From contig OX597818.1 in NCBI GenBank assembly GCA_951406725.2, positions 13,268,001-13,332,000 of the forward strand: a DNA stretch of 64,000 nucleotides, in the 5' to 3' direction. Every line of letters begins with the position of its first letter. The stretch's first letter is position 1. The notes under the pieces were generated by a model, which was not told the DNA's origin, made no database searches, and saw nothing but the letters and a program-made list of their open reading frames with translations. This stretch comes from Octopus vulgaris. Its lineage: Eukaryota. Positions 1-13,831 of the stretch are shown piece by piece. The position numbers were made by a program, and so were the translations under genes.

Positions 1-26
1 AATAATAATAATAATAATAATAATAA

Positions 27-731
<705 letters not shown>

Positions 732-1392
732 AAAAAATACAGAATAGACATCACAGCAGAAAGAGATAAGTGTAGAATCTGTGGACAAATCGGTGAAACT
801 GTATGGCATATTACCAGCTAATGTATGCCACTAGCCCAGAAGGAATATAAGAGGTACCTCGACAATTTAGCCAGACACTTTGAAGATAGTATGGACTTGA
901 CAAAGGAAAAAACATTGGTACGACCAAAAACCTGAGGGCATCGTCGAAAATACAAATGCAATGATCCTATAGGATTTTAAGATTCAGTGCGACCATAAGA
1001 TAGACAATAGGAAGCCGGACATAGTTTTAATTGAGAAAGAAAGCAAACTATGCTGGATCATAGATATAGTATGCCCAGTTGAGAACAAGGTATGCGATTA
1101 GGAGGAAAGAAAAGTCGAGAGTTGCAACAGGTTAAGCAGCTGTGGTCGATGAAAAAGGTGACAGTAGTACCAGTAATTGTCGGAGCCCTGGGAAGAGTGA
1201 GCAAAATCTCGAGAAATGCGTGGAACAAATAGGGTCTGCAATAAGATTGGAGCACTTGCAGAAGCCAGCACTGCTTGGAACCGCTCGAATCCTGCGGAAG
1301 GTGATCGAAGAATAAGAGGTGTTACCTTAGTTCACTGGTAGTGAACAGCTCACACTGTAGTACATCTCCGGGATTAGAAGCCGTGGAAAGGC
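732..1392 (+). mobile_element. 5'-truncated, decayed Dong/R4-clade retrotransposon, copy 2 (different family)
   Basis: Manual translation gives DKCRICGQIGETVWHITS*C (CCHC knuckle), DFKIQCDHKIDNRKPDIVLIEK..WIIDIVCP (RLE) and VPVIVGALG, with stops and frameshifts. Ends in (AAT)n at 1393. Confidence 0.82.
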
Positions 1393-1433
<41 letters not shown>

Positions 1434-1552
1434 CAACAACAACAACAACAACAACAGTAATTATAATGATATCAATATTAATAACAATAATAATAATAAT
1501 GAAAATGATAATAATAATGATAATAACAACAACAACAACAATAATAATAATA

Positions 1553-3262
1553 GGTAAAGACGATAATGAACTTGAAGGCCTATTGCGCACTGTGAAAGCA
1601 TTCAGCGATGACATCGGGATGGAGTTTGGGCTTGAGAAGTGTGCCAAGGCCACTTTCCAGAAAGGGAAAGTGAAGACCACAAATTCAGCCGTGTTAGATG
1701 TTGACACAGTCATAAGAGAGCTTGAGCAAGAACAAACATACAAATATTTAGGGATAAATGAAGGCTCTGGTATTCAGCATGCAAGCATGAAAGAGAAGAT
1801 CAGGAAGGAATGTTATAGGAGAGTTCGTGCAATCCTGAAATCTGAACTAAATGCACGTAACAGGGTGTTAGCTATAAATTCCTTAGCAGTTCCAGTTGTT
1901 ACTTATAGCTACAATGTCTTGAACTGGAATATGAGTGAAGTAAAGAATATAGATAGGAAAATACGCAAGTTGCTGAGTTGTAATAGAATGCACCACTCAA
2001 AGGCAGACGTAGATCGCCTTTACCTTCCCAGAGCCCAAGGAGGCCGAGGCCTGATCCAATTTGAACTAGCTTACAAAACAACCACAATTGGACTGGCCAA
2101 ATATCTCGAAATAACAAATGACTGGATGCTAAAGCTCGTGGAAAATCACGAGAGACGAAAGAAGCTTCATTCTATGATAAAGGAAAGCAAAAAAAAATTG
2201 CTATTGATCTCGTGCAGGATACCCAAACTTAACAACCCGAGGGAAGTACGGCAACTATTGTTGCAAAGAAGGTGAAAATAATGGCAATGAAAAAAGCGCA
2301 CGAGCAATTGGCTGATAGGTGGGAGGAGAAGCCTCTGCACGGCAAATATGTGGCCCGCAGCAAACAAGCTGATGTTGACCAGAAGCAAACCCATCAGTGG
2401 CTACGGAGCTCAGGGCTAAAAGGAGAGAGCGAAGGTTTCATCCTGGCTGCTCAAGATCAAAGCTTATTAACCCGGAACTACCAGGCGAATGTGATGACAA
2501 ATGGAGCAGACCCAAAATGCCGATTCTGCAACGACATGATTGAAACAGTGGACCACCTAGTCTCTGGATGTAAAGTCTTAGCACCAGTGGAGTATAAATT
2601 AAGACATGACAGAGTTGGCCAATATCTACACTGGCTAATAAGTCGGCATTACAATATCAAAACTGCCGACAAGTGGTATAATCACTACCCTGAAGCTGTA
2701 ACTGAAGGATAAAATGTAACGATTATGTGGGACTTTCCAGTACATACAGACCGAACCATCAAAGCCAATAAACCAGATATTGTTGTGAAAGACCAAAACA
2801 ATAAAGTTTGCTTATTGATCGACATGAGCATCCCCTGTGATCATAATATCTCGGCGAAAGTGTTTGACAAGCTCAGAAAATATAAAGACCTGCTCATTGA
2901 AATTGAGAAAATGTGGCATCACAAGGCGGTTACAATACCAGTGATCGTAGGAGCTCTAGGAATGATCAAGAAGGGAACCGAAAATTATATGAGAATGATC
3001 CCTGGCTTACCATCCCTGCAAGAAGTGCAAAAGATTGTCTTAACTGGTACATCACACGTATTGAGAAGAGCATTGTCGATGTGAGAACTGTTACTACCGA
3101 TGTATTTTAACTTAACTTAAAAAAATGAAAAAAATGAACGAACTATTGAGTTTAGTTTAATGGCCTACCAATGTATACTATGAGTTTCTTTGCCTAGGAG
3201 TCGGGAAGACACTCGGCAAGAAATGGAAGCAAATTTGAAAGAAGAAAAGAAAAAAAAAAAAA
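1553..3262 (+). mobile_element. 5'-truncated Dong/R4-clade retrotransposon, copy 3 (RT C-terminus, CCHC, RLE, 3'UTR); pseudogene
   Basis: ORFs 1466-2275, 2272-2712 and 2725-3084 give DIGMEFGLEKCA, YKYLG, RLYLPRAQGGRGL, CRFC..ETVDHLVSGC and KPDIVV..LIDMSIP..KLRKYKDL. Frameshift near the A9 run 2189-2197 and in-frame TAA at 2710-2712. Confidence 0.92.
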
Positions 3263-3889
3263 TAATAACAACAACAACAATAATATTAATGATAATTATC
3301 GCCAGCCATGACTGTACATGTTTTTTCACCCTTCTTAGTCATCAAATCGACCCCTAAACCACTTTAAGACATTTTTCTAACTGCGCAGGAGTCGGATTTT
3401 CGATTCGCCTGGACTTCTTATTTAAGCACGTTATTTTGTCACATTATCTTCTTTAACTGGTGGGTGTACGAGAAGATTGGGTTTTACCAGGCAATTCCGG
3501 AAATTTTGACCGAGTGTTCTACCCATCTCTGTTGAGTAATGTTGGCAAAAGAAGGGCTGGTCTTCTTGCTGGCTCTGCTGCTGCTGCTGTTGCTGTTATT
3601 GTTGTTGCTGGTAGAAGAGGACGTAGTTTTGTTTTCTTTCTCGAAAACTTTCTCCCGTTTCTCTTGAACAAAATTGTCATTTTTCTCGCTAACGCTGTTG
3701 TTGTTGTGCTGTTGCTGCTCGAAGTGGTGGTGGCGGTGCCGACGGTATGGTGTTGCTGTTGTTGGTCATGTCACTCTGGCTGGTTGCCAACGTTGCAATG
3801 TCAAAAGGTGAACCGCTATCATCATATGATCCCCACTTTCTCTCATCACAAAAGACTCTCTGTGAAGAATAACATTCTCCCTCTCAAAT

Positions 3890-4900
3890 TCCTTGCCTAC
3901 AGGCGCATTATTAGAGTAGGTCCATTCACGCTGACCATTTTCTCTGCGTTCACCCGCCCTTTAGCAAATGTACTGGGGAGAAGCACTTCTCTCTGCACTC
4001 GCATCTTCCTTTCCAGATGAAATTTGAAAAAGTCGGTGAGAGATTGGCTGAAGAGAAAAGTGTCTGTCTTCAACCGTTTCAACCCGGTCAAACATACAAG
4101 CTCTTTAGCTCCTGCTGTCAAACAAAGGAAAATTTAACAGTCCTTCAGGACCAATGGAATGCGGCGGATCGATAATCCCTATGAACTCGGCCGATAGCCG
4201 CAAACGTACTACACATGATAACAGCTGTTCAAGTTAGTAATGCATGGACATTGGACAAGTTCGTGCAGAAAGGTTTTGTTGCACTGCACAAATCTCAAAT
4301 CTCAGGCAGGTTGGTTTGACAGTAGTTTCGTGCCTGTAGAATTTCTCGCTAACCGGCAGTTCCCTTCGGTAGCACCACCAAACTAGGGATTTCTGGAAGT
4401 TATCCATCATCCCCGGCTCGAAAGTCCTCCTGATCAGACTAGTTAGTTCGACTTTGGCGACGCCTAGCGCCTCTCTGCATGCATCATTGCTCTTTCTCAC
4501 CACTAATCCTCTATTGAACTCGAGAGTGGATGTTCCACTGATCGCATTACCCGACTGGTAGAAGGAAGTGAGTGCTTGGCAACATTACAGATGCTAGTCA
4601 CCCTGACTCGGTCTCATCTTTATCCTGGGCTGCCGCTCAGTCAAGGTGACGAGCTGGATAAAAGGCCGGTTTGACAAACGGCGACCAGCTTACTGCGTAG
4701 AAGGTGTTGGCATTAGATGGAGCGCCTCTTCAATGGAACGTGATCCCTCCACAAGAATTTAAAATGGAGGCGTGGTGCGGACGGGGCAAAGCACGACGTT
4801 CAAGCAGTAGTAGATGGTGAACGCGATGTATGAATTCATCACCTCTACTCGATCTTTCATTGACAGCTTCATGGCAGCCCATTTCTTAAAAATAATAACA
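3890..4900 (-). mobile_element. Decayed L1/Tx1-clade LINE ORF2 3' portion
   Basis: Minus-strand fragments WAAMKLSMKDRVEVMNSYIAFTIYY (W..R.LSL.GR-like), DNFQKSLVWWCYRRELPV..PTCLR (zf-RVT-like) and a C-terminal FHLERKMRVQRE segment. Confidence 0.62.
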
Positions 4901-4974
4901 ATTTCAAATTGTTCCACAAAGGCAGCCATTTTTGGAGAGGAGATGAATCGATTACAACGGCGCCTGTGTTTCAC

Positions 4975-5031
4975 GGGTACTTAATTTATCGTCCCCGAAA
5001 GGTTTAAAGGCAAAGTCGACCTCGGCAGAAT
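4975..5031 (-). mobile_element. SINE central-domain fragment (same family as 53562-54150)
   Basis: Reverse complement matches ATTCCGCCGAGGTCGACTTTGCCTTTCATCCTTTCGGGGTCGATAAATTAAGTACC at about 53645. Confidence 0.85.
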
Positions 5032-5828
5032 AATGTATGATGACATGCACTATAAGTATGAATTCCCTTAATGCTTAAGTATATTTGTTTTTCGTTTGTT
5101 TTACTCTATATATGAATGCATGTAATGTCTGTCTGTTTACATGGACATTAAGAGTAATATTTTCAGTTGTTTTTCTGTAAAAAATGAGTATCAAAATATT
5201 TGATAATACCAGGTTGAAAATTAAGTTTCCATATATATGCTAAATGTTCCATTGTGTAATCATTCAGAAATGGTAAAACCATCATTCTATATACATTGAA
5301 GGCAAGCGTATCTTTCGTGACAGTTTGAGAGATTTGTTTTATATCTATATCATTACTAAATCCTATAGCTGTAAGTCGATTGAAAAACTTAGTCCTAATA
5401 TCATTATTCTTAGTCTACCAACATGATTTTTGGCTCATCAAACTGACAGAAATATTACATTTATTTTGAGACCTCCAACGAGAATGTTAAGCAGCATCGA
5501 GGGGCATATTTTCTTATTCGCCTCCGATCGGATCTGAAAGAAATATTTTGCGAAACGAAGGTAAATAATGTATTAAGTATTGAGGACTTACATTTTGGAA
5601 CATATTCTTTTCATATTCAATATTTGCTTCAACAAAGTATCTTTGTAACAACCAACAAACAAATGTAGAGGAAATGTTTTTTCAGTATTTATTTAGTAGA
5701 GGGAAAACACTTCATTTTCTTTTAAATTATTGCTAAGTAATTTAATCAAATATCGCAAATTTATTTCTAATTCATTACTCTATGATAATGTTCTCAACAA
5801 AGAAATAACAGCAAAATGCCAACAGCAG

Positions 5829-5950
5829 TCTATATATATATACCTATCTGTCTATCTGTGTCTGTCTGCCTGGCTGACTATGTCTGTCTGTCTGTGTGTC
5901 TGTGTCTGTGCGTGTGTCTCTCCCTCTGTATGCATATATATGCATACATA

Positions 5951-6006
<56 letters not shown>

Positions 6007-6109
6007 TATACGTACTTACATACAACACACCCACATATACACCCATATATACATACACACACACACATGTCGTCCAATAACTGAAACAAGCAAAGTGTGA
6101 AACTTAAAG

Positions 6110-6145
<36 letters not shown>

Positions 6146-6210
6146 TTGTGTGTGTGTTCGTGCATATGTGTGTGTGCGTGTGTGTGTGTATGTGTGTGCG
6201 AGTGTATGTC
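5829..6210. repeat. Compound microsatellite (TC)n/(TA)n/(CA)n/(TG)n
   Basis: Directly visible. Confidence 0.95.
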
Positions 6211-6982
6211 CTCCTTTGTATGTCTTTTGAGCTTAGGCGCATATGTATGTTAGCGTATAGTATTTCCTCCACGTGTAACTAGACAGATGCCGTTGAATTG
6301 ACAAGAATCCACTCTACTTCAAGTCACGTGGTTCACTTACTACTGTACTTAGTGGTATTACCAGTATTACTGGTGGGAAAATTATGGTAATTACAAGAGA
6401 CAGTTTAAATCATTTACTCCCTATTCGTATCTTGCCAATTTGGCTATTTGAATCATCTACAATGGTGTTCACGCTGCATCTCTATGCAGATCCACAATGG
6501 TTCATCAGGGACAGACGTTATTACATTATGTTAGCATAGAGCAAAGGCATATAATTGGATACATGGCAAAATGTGTTACAGATGTGTCGAAAGGGAAAGA
6601 GTATACTGTAAAATCATGAGAAAAAAAAGCAAGAAAATGTGAGAGTAAAATGTGTATAGAAATAGGAAAGAGACGATGAAAGGAAGAGTGATCTATAACG
6701 GCATGTGGCGATGAGGTTAGGGTGTTGGCCTCATGATCGCTTCCTGGACCGGGCGATTCTCGCGATTCTCTTATTAATTACGCTTTGAAACAAATATCCA
6801 ACTTTTTTGAATACAAAGAGATAACCTGCTTATGCCATTCAATTTGGAGGGGAGCAGATTTAAAGATGAATAAACAAACAGACATTCATATACAGCACAA
6901 CACACGTGTATATAGAGTAATATACACATATATATTATATAGATCTGAGATCAAATATATTTCTAAGTATACTATATTTATG

Positions 6983-7021
<39 letters not shown>

Positions 7022-7293
7022 CAGTCAAAACTCTTATTTAAATCGCCATAATACAATGATACCTACGGAAATCAACCGTCCGAAGGCAAACGGACTAAGA
7101 CAAACTCTCAATGCTCCTTCAAGTATTTGAACTCATGTGGACCGGTTTCTGTACTGGTAAAAATAGTCTTAGCTTCCTCTGCACGCGTTACCATGATAAA
7201 GACTCTCAACTGATTAGTTTTGTGCCGAAATCATGGCAGCCACCAGTGTGAAATTATTTCAATACGAAGTAAATAATTCAGCAGAAAAAATAA

Positions 7294-7408
<115 letters not shown>

Positions 7409-7432
7409 AATAATTCATATATATATATATAT

Positions 7433-8463
7433 AATAATAATAATAAGAGTAAATACTTTCTTTAATGATTTTTAAAAAAACCAACAATTATTTACTGGTA
7501 GATTTCGGCATGTAAATATAACCATTAACGGTAGGAACTTTTGTAAATTTCAGTATATATATATTGTATATAAATAAAAAACTGTCTATTTAGGTTTAGC
7601 CTATGTTCGCTTTCTTCCACTCTTTTTATGTCGCCTGGTCAGAAGGATGAGGTACGTAGCATTTCATAAATCTATTTTTATGGAGAGTTGTGCTGATGAA
7701 AGATATGAAATTATATTTCTAATCTAGAAACATGTTCGCACATGATCATTAGACTTTGTTTTCGTTATTTATTCCTTCTGTTTTGCATAGGTGAATTACA
7801 GGGATATGTCGTATGTGGAGTCCCATTTGTAGAAAATAGAAATAAACAGTTTATGGTTGCCATTTCTAATTTTTTCGGTATGCGGCCAAGCAACCTGTTG
7901 CCTGCCCCTTTTATTTTTATACAATATATATATAATGAACTTACAAACGTTCCTACCGTTAATGGTTATATTTACATGCCGAAATCTACCAGTAAATAAT
8001 TGTAGGTTTTTTAAAAACCATTAAAGAAATTATTTACTCTTATTATCATATTACTAATTGGAATTTTCAGCCCCTTACGACAACCCATATTTTTGTAATG
8101 CGCATGGTAATATTTTGGAGAGAAAATTTGCGAATTCAACTGTCTATTTAGGTTTAGCCTATGTTCGCTTTCTTCCACTCTTTTGATGTCGTATGGTCAG
8201 AAGGCTGAGGTACGCAGCATTTGATAAATCTATTTTTATGGAGAGTTGTGCTGATGAAAGATATGAAATTATATTTCTAATCTAGAAACATCTTCGCAAA
8301 TGACCATTAGACTTTGTTTTCGTTATTTATTTCTTCTGTTTTGCATATGCGATTTACAGGGATATGTCGTATGTGGAGTCCCATTTGTAGAAAATAGAAA
8401 TAAACAGTCTATGACTGCCATTTCTAATTTTTCGGTATGCGGCCAAACAATCTGTTGCCTGCC

Positions 8464-8465
<2 letters not shown>
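7433..8465 (+). mobile_element. Non-coding repeat unit A'-B-A-C-B between (TA)n tracts, with an HHR motif in each B (PLE-derived or retrozyme-like)
   Basis: B at 7580-7908 is repeated at 8138-8465 (offset 558). Segment 7433-7580 is the reverse complement of about 7909-8050. Confidence 0.75.
7689..7740 (+). ncRNA. Minimal type-I hammerhead ribozyme motif
   Basis: UGUG-CUGAUGA-a-AGAU..AUCU-a-GAAA-CAUG-UU-CGCA, with palindromic stem III. The second copy at 8247-8299 has CAUG changed to CAUC. Confidence 0.62.
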
Positions 8466-8498
<33 letters not shown>

Positions 8499-8559
8499 GT
8501 ATTCTTTAATTGGGAAATCAATTCTGAATTCATAATACAAAAAAAGAGGATATGAAAAT

Positions 8560-9640
8560 GTTATCATATGCACGCTGTTGGAAAAAGTTTATGTTCATGT
8601 TCATTCCCAAATGCATCCAACTCTGTGACGTCATAATTTGTGTCTCTTACTATTTCTCTTGAAGTTAAATAATTAATTTGACGATTAGTTTTTGGCAGTC
8701 GGCAACCAGACTCTTGCAAATTTTTACCTCCCATGGCCAAAATTTAATCTTCTGTTTCAATGAGTGCTTGGTTAAAATTTGTTCTAAGGAACTGAATATT
8801 GATACCAAGTTTTGCCCGTTGAACTACATACTTTAAGCCCTCGTCCATGTCCTCACGATGTTTCATCCAAAGCTGCAGGAGACTGCCGAGTTGACACATG
8901 TTCAATATCTTTTGGATTTTCAGTCAATGCTTCAGTCAATGCAAGGTTCCAATGGTCATAATTTTCTACAAAATACCTTGTTGATAGCATATTTCCCTAT
9001 ACGTTTCGCACACATGACCATCTATCCTCCTTGAATCTTGGAATGATTTGGGACAACGAACTTTATTCAAAAGGAGGCGTAAGTAATAACATTCTGCTTG
9101 GCCCTGTTAGACACTGTAGACTCTTGCCAGAGCATCAGCCCCACATTTCCTGTTGTGCCATTTATTGTTTCTCCAAGTGTAGTACTAGGGTGATTGTGGG
9201 TAAAAGAGTTTGCTTGTATCTTCATCTACTTAACACGGCTTCAAAATGGCAGTAAGGGTAGTTTCTTTTGGAGAAATTGCTTGTTGCAAGGCTCTTTCTT
9301 TTGTAAAGGTTACCCTGTGACCATTCTCTAAATGGACACTCAGATGAATGATGGCTGGGTGCCTTTCATGAATGGGAAAATTGAAGATACACCAAATAGC
9401 TTCATTAGTGCTAATGCATCTTCCTGTCATACTGTGCATCTTCGTCATTTCCATTTATCTGTTGACTGCCATTCTGGACAAGAGTGTATATTGCCGCATC
9501 TAAGCCTTTGTTTATATATTTTCAAACGTACTTAATAAAGTTAACAGTGTTTCAGAATTCGACATTGAATCTGGCTACCTCTACTCATCTTTGCCTCCCT
9601 GTAGAATACTGATCATTCTGCATCTATCCCGACTCCTCTT
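8560..9640 (-). mobile_element. Helitron RepHel pseudogene fragment (Rep-helicase linker)
   Basis: GRCISTNEAIWCIFNFPIHERHPAIIHLSVHLENGHRVTFT..ETTLTA matches the canonical Helitron GRYISS.EA.WRIF.FPIH.R.P.V.HL.VHLEN.Q motif. Decayed continuation lies downstream. Confidence 0.85.
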
Positions 9641-10619
9641 GTAGACAGTGAGAACATCGTTCCCGGAAAAAGTTTTCGAAAATGTAAATGGAGATTAAAT
9701 GAAAAAGTAAGTTACATGAATATCTTCAAAAGCATAATTAAAATAAAGTGCGATTGTAGAACACCCCACGGACCCACGCACCCACGCACGCAATGAGTAT
9801 TAAACATCAGCTGAAATGGACGTGTGAGAGAGAGAGTGAGAGAGGGAAGGGGTGTTTTGTCATGTATACGTACATAAATAAATAAATATGCATACATCTT
9901 TGTTGTATGTATGTGTGCGTGTGTGTGTGAGAGAAAGAGAGAAAGAGAGTGAATGTCACTTAGAAACCACTCTCACTGTCTCTCTCCCCCTCTCTGTCCC
10001 TCTCTCTCTCACACACGCACACATATACAAAACGATATATACATATGTATTTATGTATGTGCATGTACATGACAACACGCAACTTGACTCTCTCTCTCTC
10101 TCTCTCTCTCTCTCACGCACACGTACACAAACATTCATAAACACACGTGTGCGGGTGATAGTGTCTGTTTGTGTGTGTGAGAGAGAATATTGTGATCAAT
10201 GAATGAATTAAACATAAAGGGAAAATTTCGTATAGATAAAAGCTCTTGTATCGAATGCTTAAATTTGTGAACTTTGTAACTATTTCCGTCAGTAATCTAT
10301 CGTAGATGTTTGCAAATTGTGAATTAAAACTTTAACTTAAAACATCAAAATAGAGAGTGAACCTTTTCAAACGAAAACGGAAAATTTTGCCGTTGCTACG
10401 TCAATACCGGAAGTTGATATTGAGAAGCCTTTTTATAGAAGTGAATTATATATAAAAAAGCAATATTATCTATTTCTAATAAAACATCAAATGAAGAACC
10501 TAACATGTGCCCGAAGGTAAATTATTCATGCATCACAAGTATGGGAGCAATTGGTGAAGCCGTTTTCGCGTGTACAGCGAATATACACACATCTCTACAT
10601 ACATACATATGTGTATATG

Positions 10620-10800
10620 TGTATATTTGTGTATCTTTGTGTGCGTGCCCCACCATCGCTTGACAACCGATGTTGGTGTGTTTACGTCCCCGCAACTTAA
10701 AGATTCGGCAAAAGATACCGAATAATTACTAGGCTTATAAGTCCTGGGGGTCGATATCCTCGACTAAAAACAGTGCTCCAGCGTGGCCGCAGACAAATGA
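10620..10800 (+). mobile_element. tRNA-SINE family S1, 3' half
   Basis: Homologous to the reverse complement of 12451-12620 and 21973-22170; ends GTGCTCCAGCGTGGCCGCAGACAAATGA. Confidence 0.75.
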
Positions 10801-12065
10801 ATAGCAAATGCAGCCCGGTGTTACCAAAGCGTTATGACCTACATCCACATTGTATTATGTGTTTATATATACTCAGTCTTTTAGTTCAAGCCGGACGTTC
10901 GCTCCACACAGAATGCACTATGGCGTTGTCGGTGTCGTTGATAGCAATAACAATACAACCAACTGGTATTGCACTACACGTCTCTGATAAGGAAACATTG
11001 ATTTGAAATTATACCAATCAGTGAACACAGTTTGTATTCTGACCAATGAAGGGACACTCATATGTGTACGTGTCCTTAATTTGACTTCGTATTGATGTGC
11101 ACTGTTGCTGCTGTCTTCACTGAAGTTATCAAGTCAGACATTTGTTTTTCATCTCACCATCCGCGTTATAGTACATGAGTAACCACTGTGAAAAATAGGA
11201 AGACTGTAGCAAAATCCGTACGAACTTTGCGTCTTATGGTGTGAATAATATGCATGAATCTATGCTAATAACCGTAAACAACTCTCCATGAATTTGGTTG
11301 AATAAAGAGGAAAACGTTAAAGGCAAAATCGCGAAAGGTTTTAGTCATTATTTCATGTTTTTACCTCACTGATTATATGCTATTTCTGCGCTTAATCCTT
11401 GGGGAGGTTTTATTGAATTTAAACCCGAGAACGCTCGTTTGGCATTCCTGAGTCATTTGCTACCAAGAATATCTACATGGAAGCGATCACAATTATGCCA
11501 CAATCATGATTCATTAGTCAATCTTCTGTTGAAAAATAGAGCTTTTTGAAATGAAATGAAAGCACAATACTTCAAAGACATTGTTTAATCATGGAATATT
11601 GAAGACGTTCGCATTATTGACGGAAAATGTGCCAGAAATGACTACAAAACAGTATGTCTTTTTTAGTTATTTCCCATTGACAAATAGCGTTTTGTGTACC
11701 ACAAATAAATTCATAACAGTCTTGAACATACCTGCTTTTTTGACACCAAAAACCTTAAAATTGACAACGTAGATTGGAAGCAAATCTAAATATTGCTCGA
11801 AAATGACTTCCAATTGTGCGAACCGGCATCGTTTTCAAGTTTATTGTAGTAAATAAACTTGCTACAAAACTATTTTGAAGCTTATTGTAGGAAAAGAGAG
11901 TTGTGGTGCAAAAAATCATACATTTGGTAGACGAAACATTACTGAATCTTTTGATACCTCATACGACAAAATCAGCAGCATTGTTTTTTTAATCCATAAG
12001 GAACATAAGCACCACACTTAGACACATAAAGACAGAAACCCTGTTTTATATATATATATATATAT

Positions 12066-12275
12066 ATCCGTTCAGTCAAGGTCGACTCTCGGTCACTCGT
12101 TGGATCAGTGTCCTCCAGTCAGTTCTATTCTGGGCCGCTTCTTTCAGATTGGCTATGTCCATTCCGGTATCACTCTTGATGGTGTCAAACCAGCGGGTTC
12201 TTGGTCGGCCTCTTCCTCTCTTGCCACTGACCATTCCGAGCATGATGTCCTTCTCCAGGGATTTTCTCCGCATAA
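12066..12275 (-). mobile_element. RTE-clade LINE 3' end
   Basis: SLEKDIMLGMVSGKRGRGRPRTRWFDTIKSD..AAQNRTDWR..VTESR is a typical RTE C-terminus, followed by a (TA)n tail. Confidence 0.88.
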
Positions 12276-12450
12276 TATATATTTATATATATAGTTCTGA
12301 GATCAAAGATATATCTATACATACATATATTTATGTATATATGTTTTCAAATATATATATATATGTATGCATGTACATATCCATATGCTTAAATGTAAAC
12401 ATGGTCATGGATAGGCATTCATAGACATGTATCAAACATACGCATACATA

Positions 12451-12837
12451 TACTCTTTTACTTGCTTCAGTCGTTTGAATGCGGCCATGCTGGAGCACCG
12501 CTTTTAGTCGCACTAATCAATACCAGGACTTATTCTTTGTAAGCCTAGTACTTATTCTATCGGTCTCTGTTGCAGAAATGTTAAGTTACGGGAACATATA
12601 CACACCAAGATCTGTTGTCAAAGCAATGTTGGGGGGAGGGAGATACACACAGACACACAAATGCATATATCGATATATATACGAAGAGCTTCTTTCAGTT
12701 TCCATCTACCAAATCGACGCACAACGCTTTGTCGTTCCGAAGCTATAGTAGAAACGAAGGTGACACGCAATGAGAATGAACCCCGAAGCAGCTGGTTGAG
12801 AAGCAAGTTTCTTACCACTCAACCACTCCTGCGCCTA
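12451..12837 (-). mobile_element. tRNA-derived SINE family S1, near full length
   Basis: Minus-strand head GGCGCAGGAGTGGTTGAGTGGTAAGAAAC..GGGTTCATTC (A/B boxes) and tail GACTGAAGCAAGTAAAAGAGTA. Homologous to 21973-22398. Confidence 0.82.
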
Positions 12838-13334
12838 CACACACATTCGAATCTCCGAGCACTATACTGACATCTTTTTATTATTTATTCTAAATTATAA
12901 CATATATAAATAATCCTCTATTTATCTACTATTGCATTCTCATTCTTCTCGGACCTAATCAACAGCAGCATTCCTCCTATTGATCTGGACTGCTACGTTA
13001 GTTTGGCTAGAAATATTAATACCCAGTACTGCTGCTGTATCTCTCCTTTAGAAAGATTTAGAAATGAAAACATTTCTATTTTTGAAAATCAGTGAATTTA
13101 TATAAATAAAACCATCTAAGAGATGGTCAACAACGATCCTTACTGGACTGGTTACTCCATATTAAAACCGGTCTATGAAGGCCATGCCAACAAGGGGAAG
13201 TTGATGACCTCCCCTATTTGAAGGCTTATGGATGCAGATTTGTACGTCATATTCCTATTTCTCTTTATCTACCCTTTAAAGAGGCTTAGAAATTATAACT
13301 CACACGAGCACACACACATATATAGACACGTTGC

Positions 13335-13545
13335 ACCAATCCACTTAGCTGGCAAAAATGGGTAGTACTTGCATTTCAAAGGGCCAGCCTTGTCACACTC
13401 AGTCTCACGCTGAATCTCTCTGAGAAATACGTTGAGGGAACACGTGTCTGTGGAGTGTTCGGCCACATGCACGTTAATTTAACGAGGAAACTGTTCCGTT
13501 GATTATAGCTACCGGGACTCTCGACGTCGTAACCGAAGGAGTGAT
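13335..13545 (+). mobile_element. SINE family S3, 3' part
   Basis: TTTCAAAGGGCCAGCCTTGTCAC..CACGCTGAATCTC..GCACGTTAATTT..CGTAACCGA is shared with 45660-45834. Confidence 0.82.
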
Positions 13546-13589
13546 CCTTTTAATTATAGATATATTTGCATTTAAATTTTAGCTTCAAA

Positions 13590-13692
13590 CTCTGATACAG
13601 GACCTCCGTAATGCTATGATGGACCGTGAAGTCTGGCGCAACATGGTAAATTCCATTGTCTCGACCACGGTCGAACAATGATGATGATGATA
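13590..13692 (+). mobile_element. RTE-like LINE extreme 3' end with (TGA)n tail
   Basis: QDLRNAMMDREVWRNMVNSIVSTTVEQ* (A.DR..WR motif), then (GAT)n. Confidence 0.65.
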
Positions 13693-13714
13693 GATATATA
13701 TATATATGCATTTG

Positions 13715-13802
<88 letters not shown>

Positions 13803-13831
13803 ATACATACACACACACACATATGTATATA

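Noticed and set aside
3460-4020. 186-aa plus-strand ORF
   Set aside because: Antisense of a low-complexity LINE-related segment; no domain recognised.
5730-6282. YIYI/HTHT/CVCV ORFs here and throughout the window
   Set aside because: Dinucleotide microsatellite artefacts.
6455-6512. CUGAUGA on the minus strand
   Set aside because: No GAAA-N-UH or stem I at a suitable position.
7742-8497. Two similar short hydrophobic ORFs resembling a peptide family
   Set aside because: They arise from the duplicated AT-rich B repeat and go out of frame via a T-run indel; no coding evidence.
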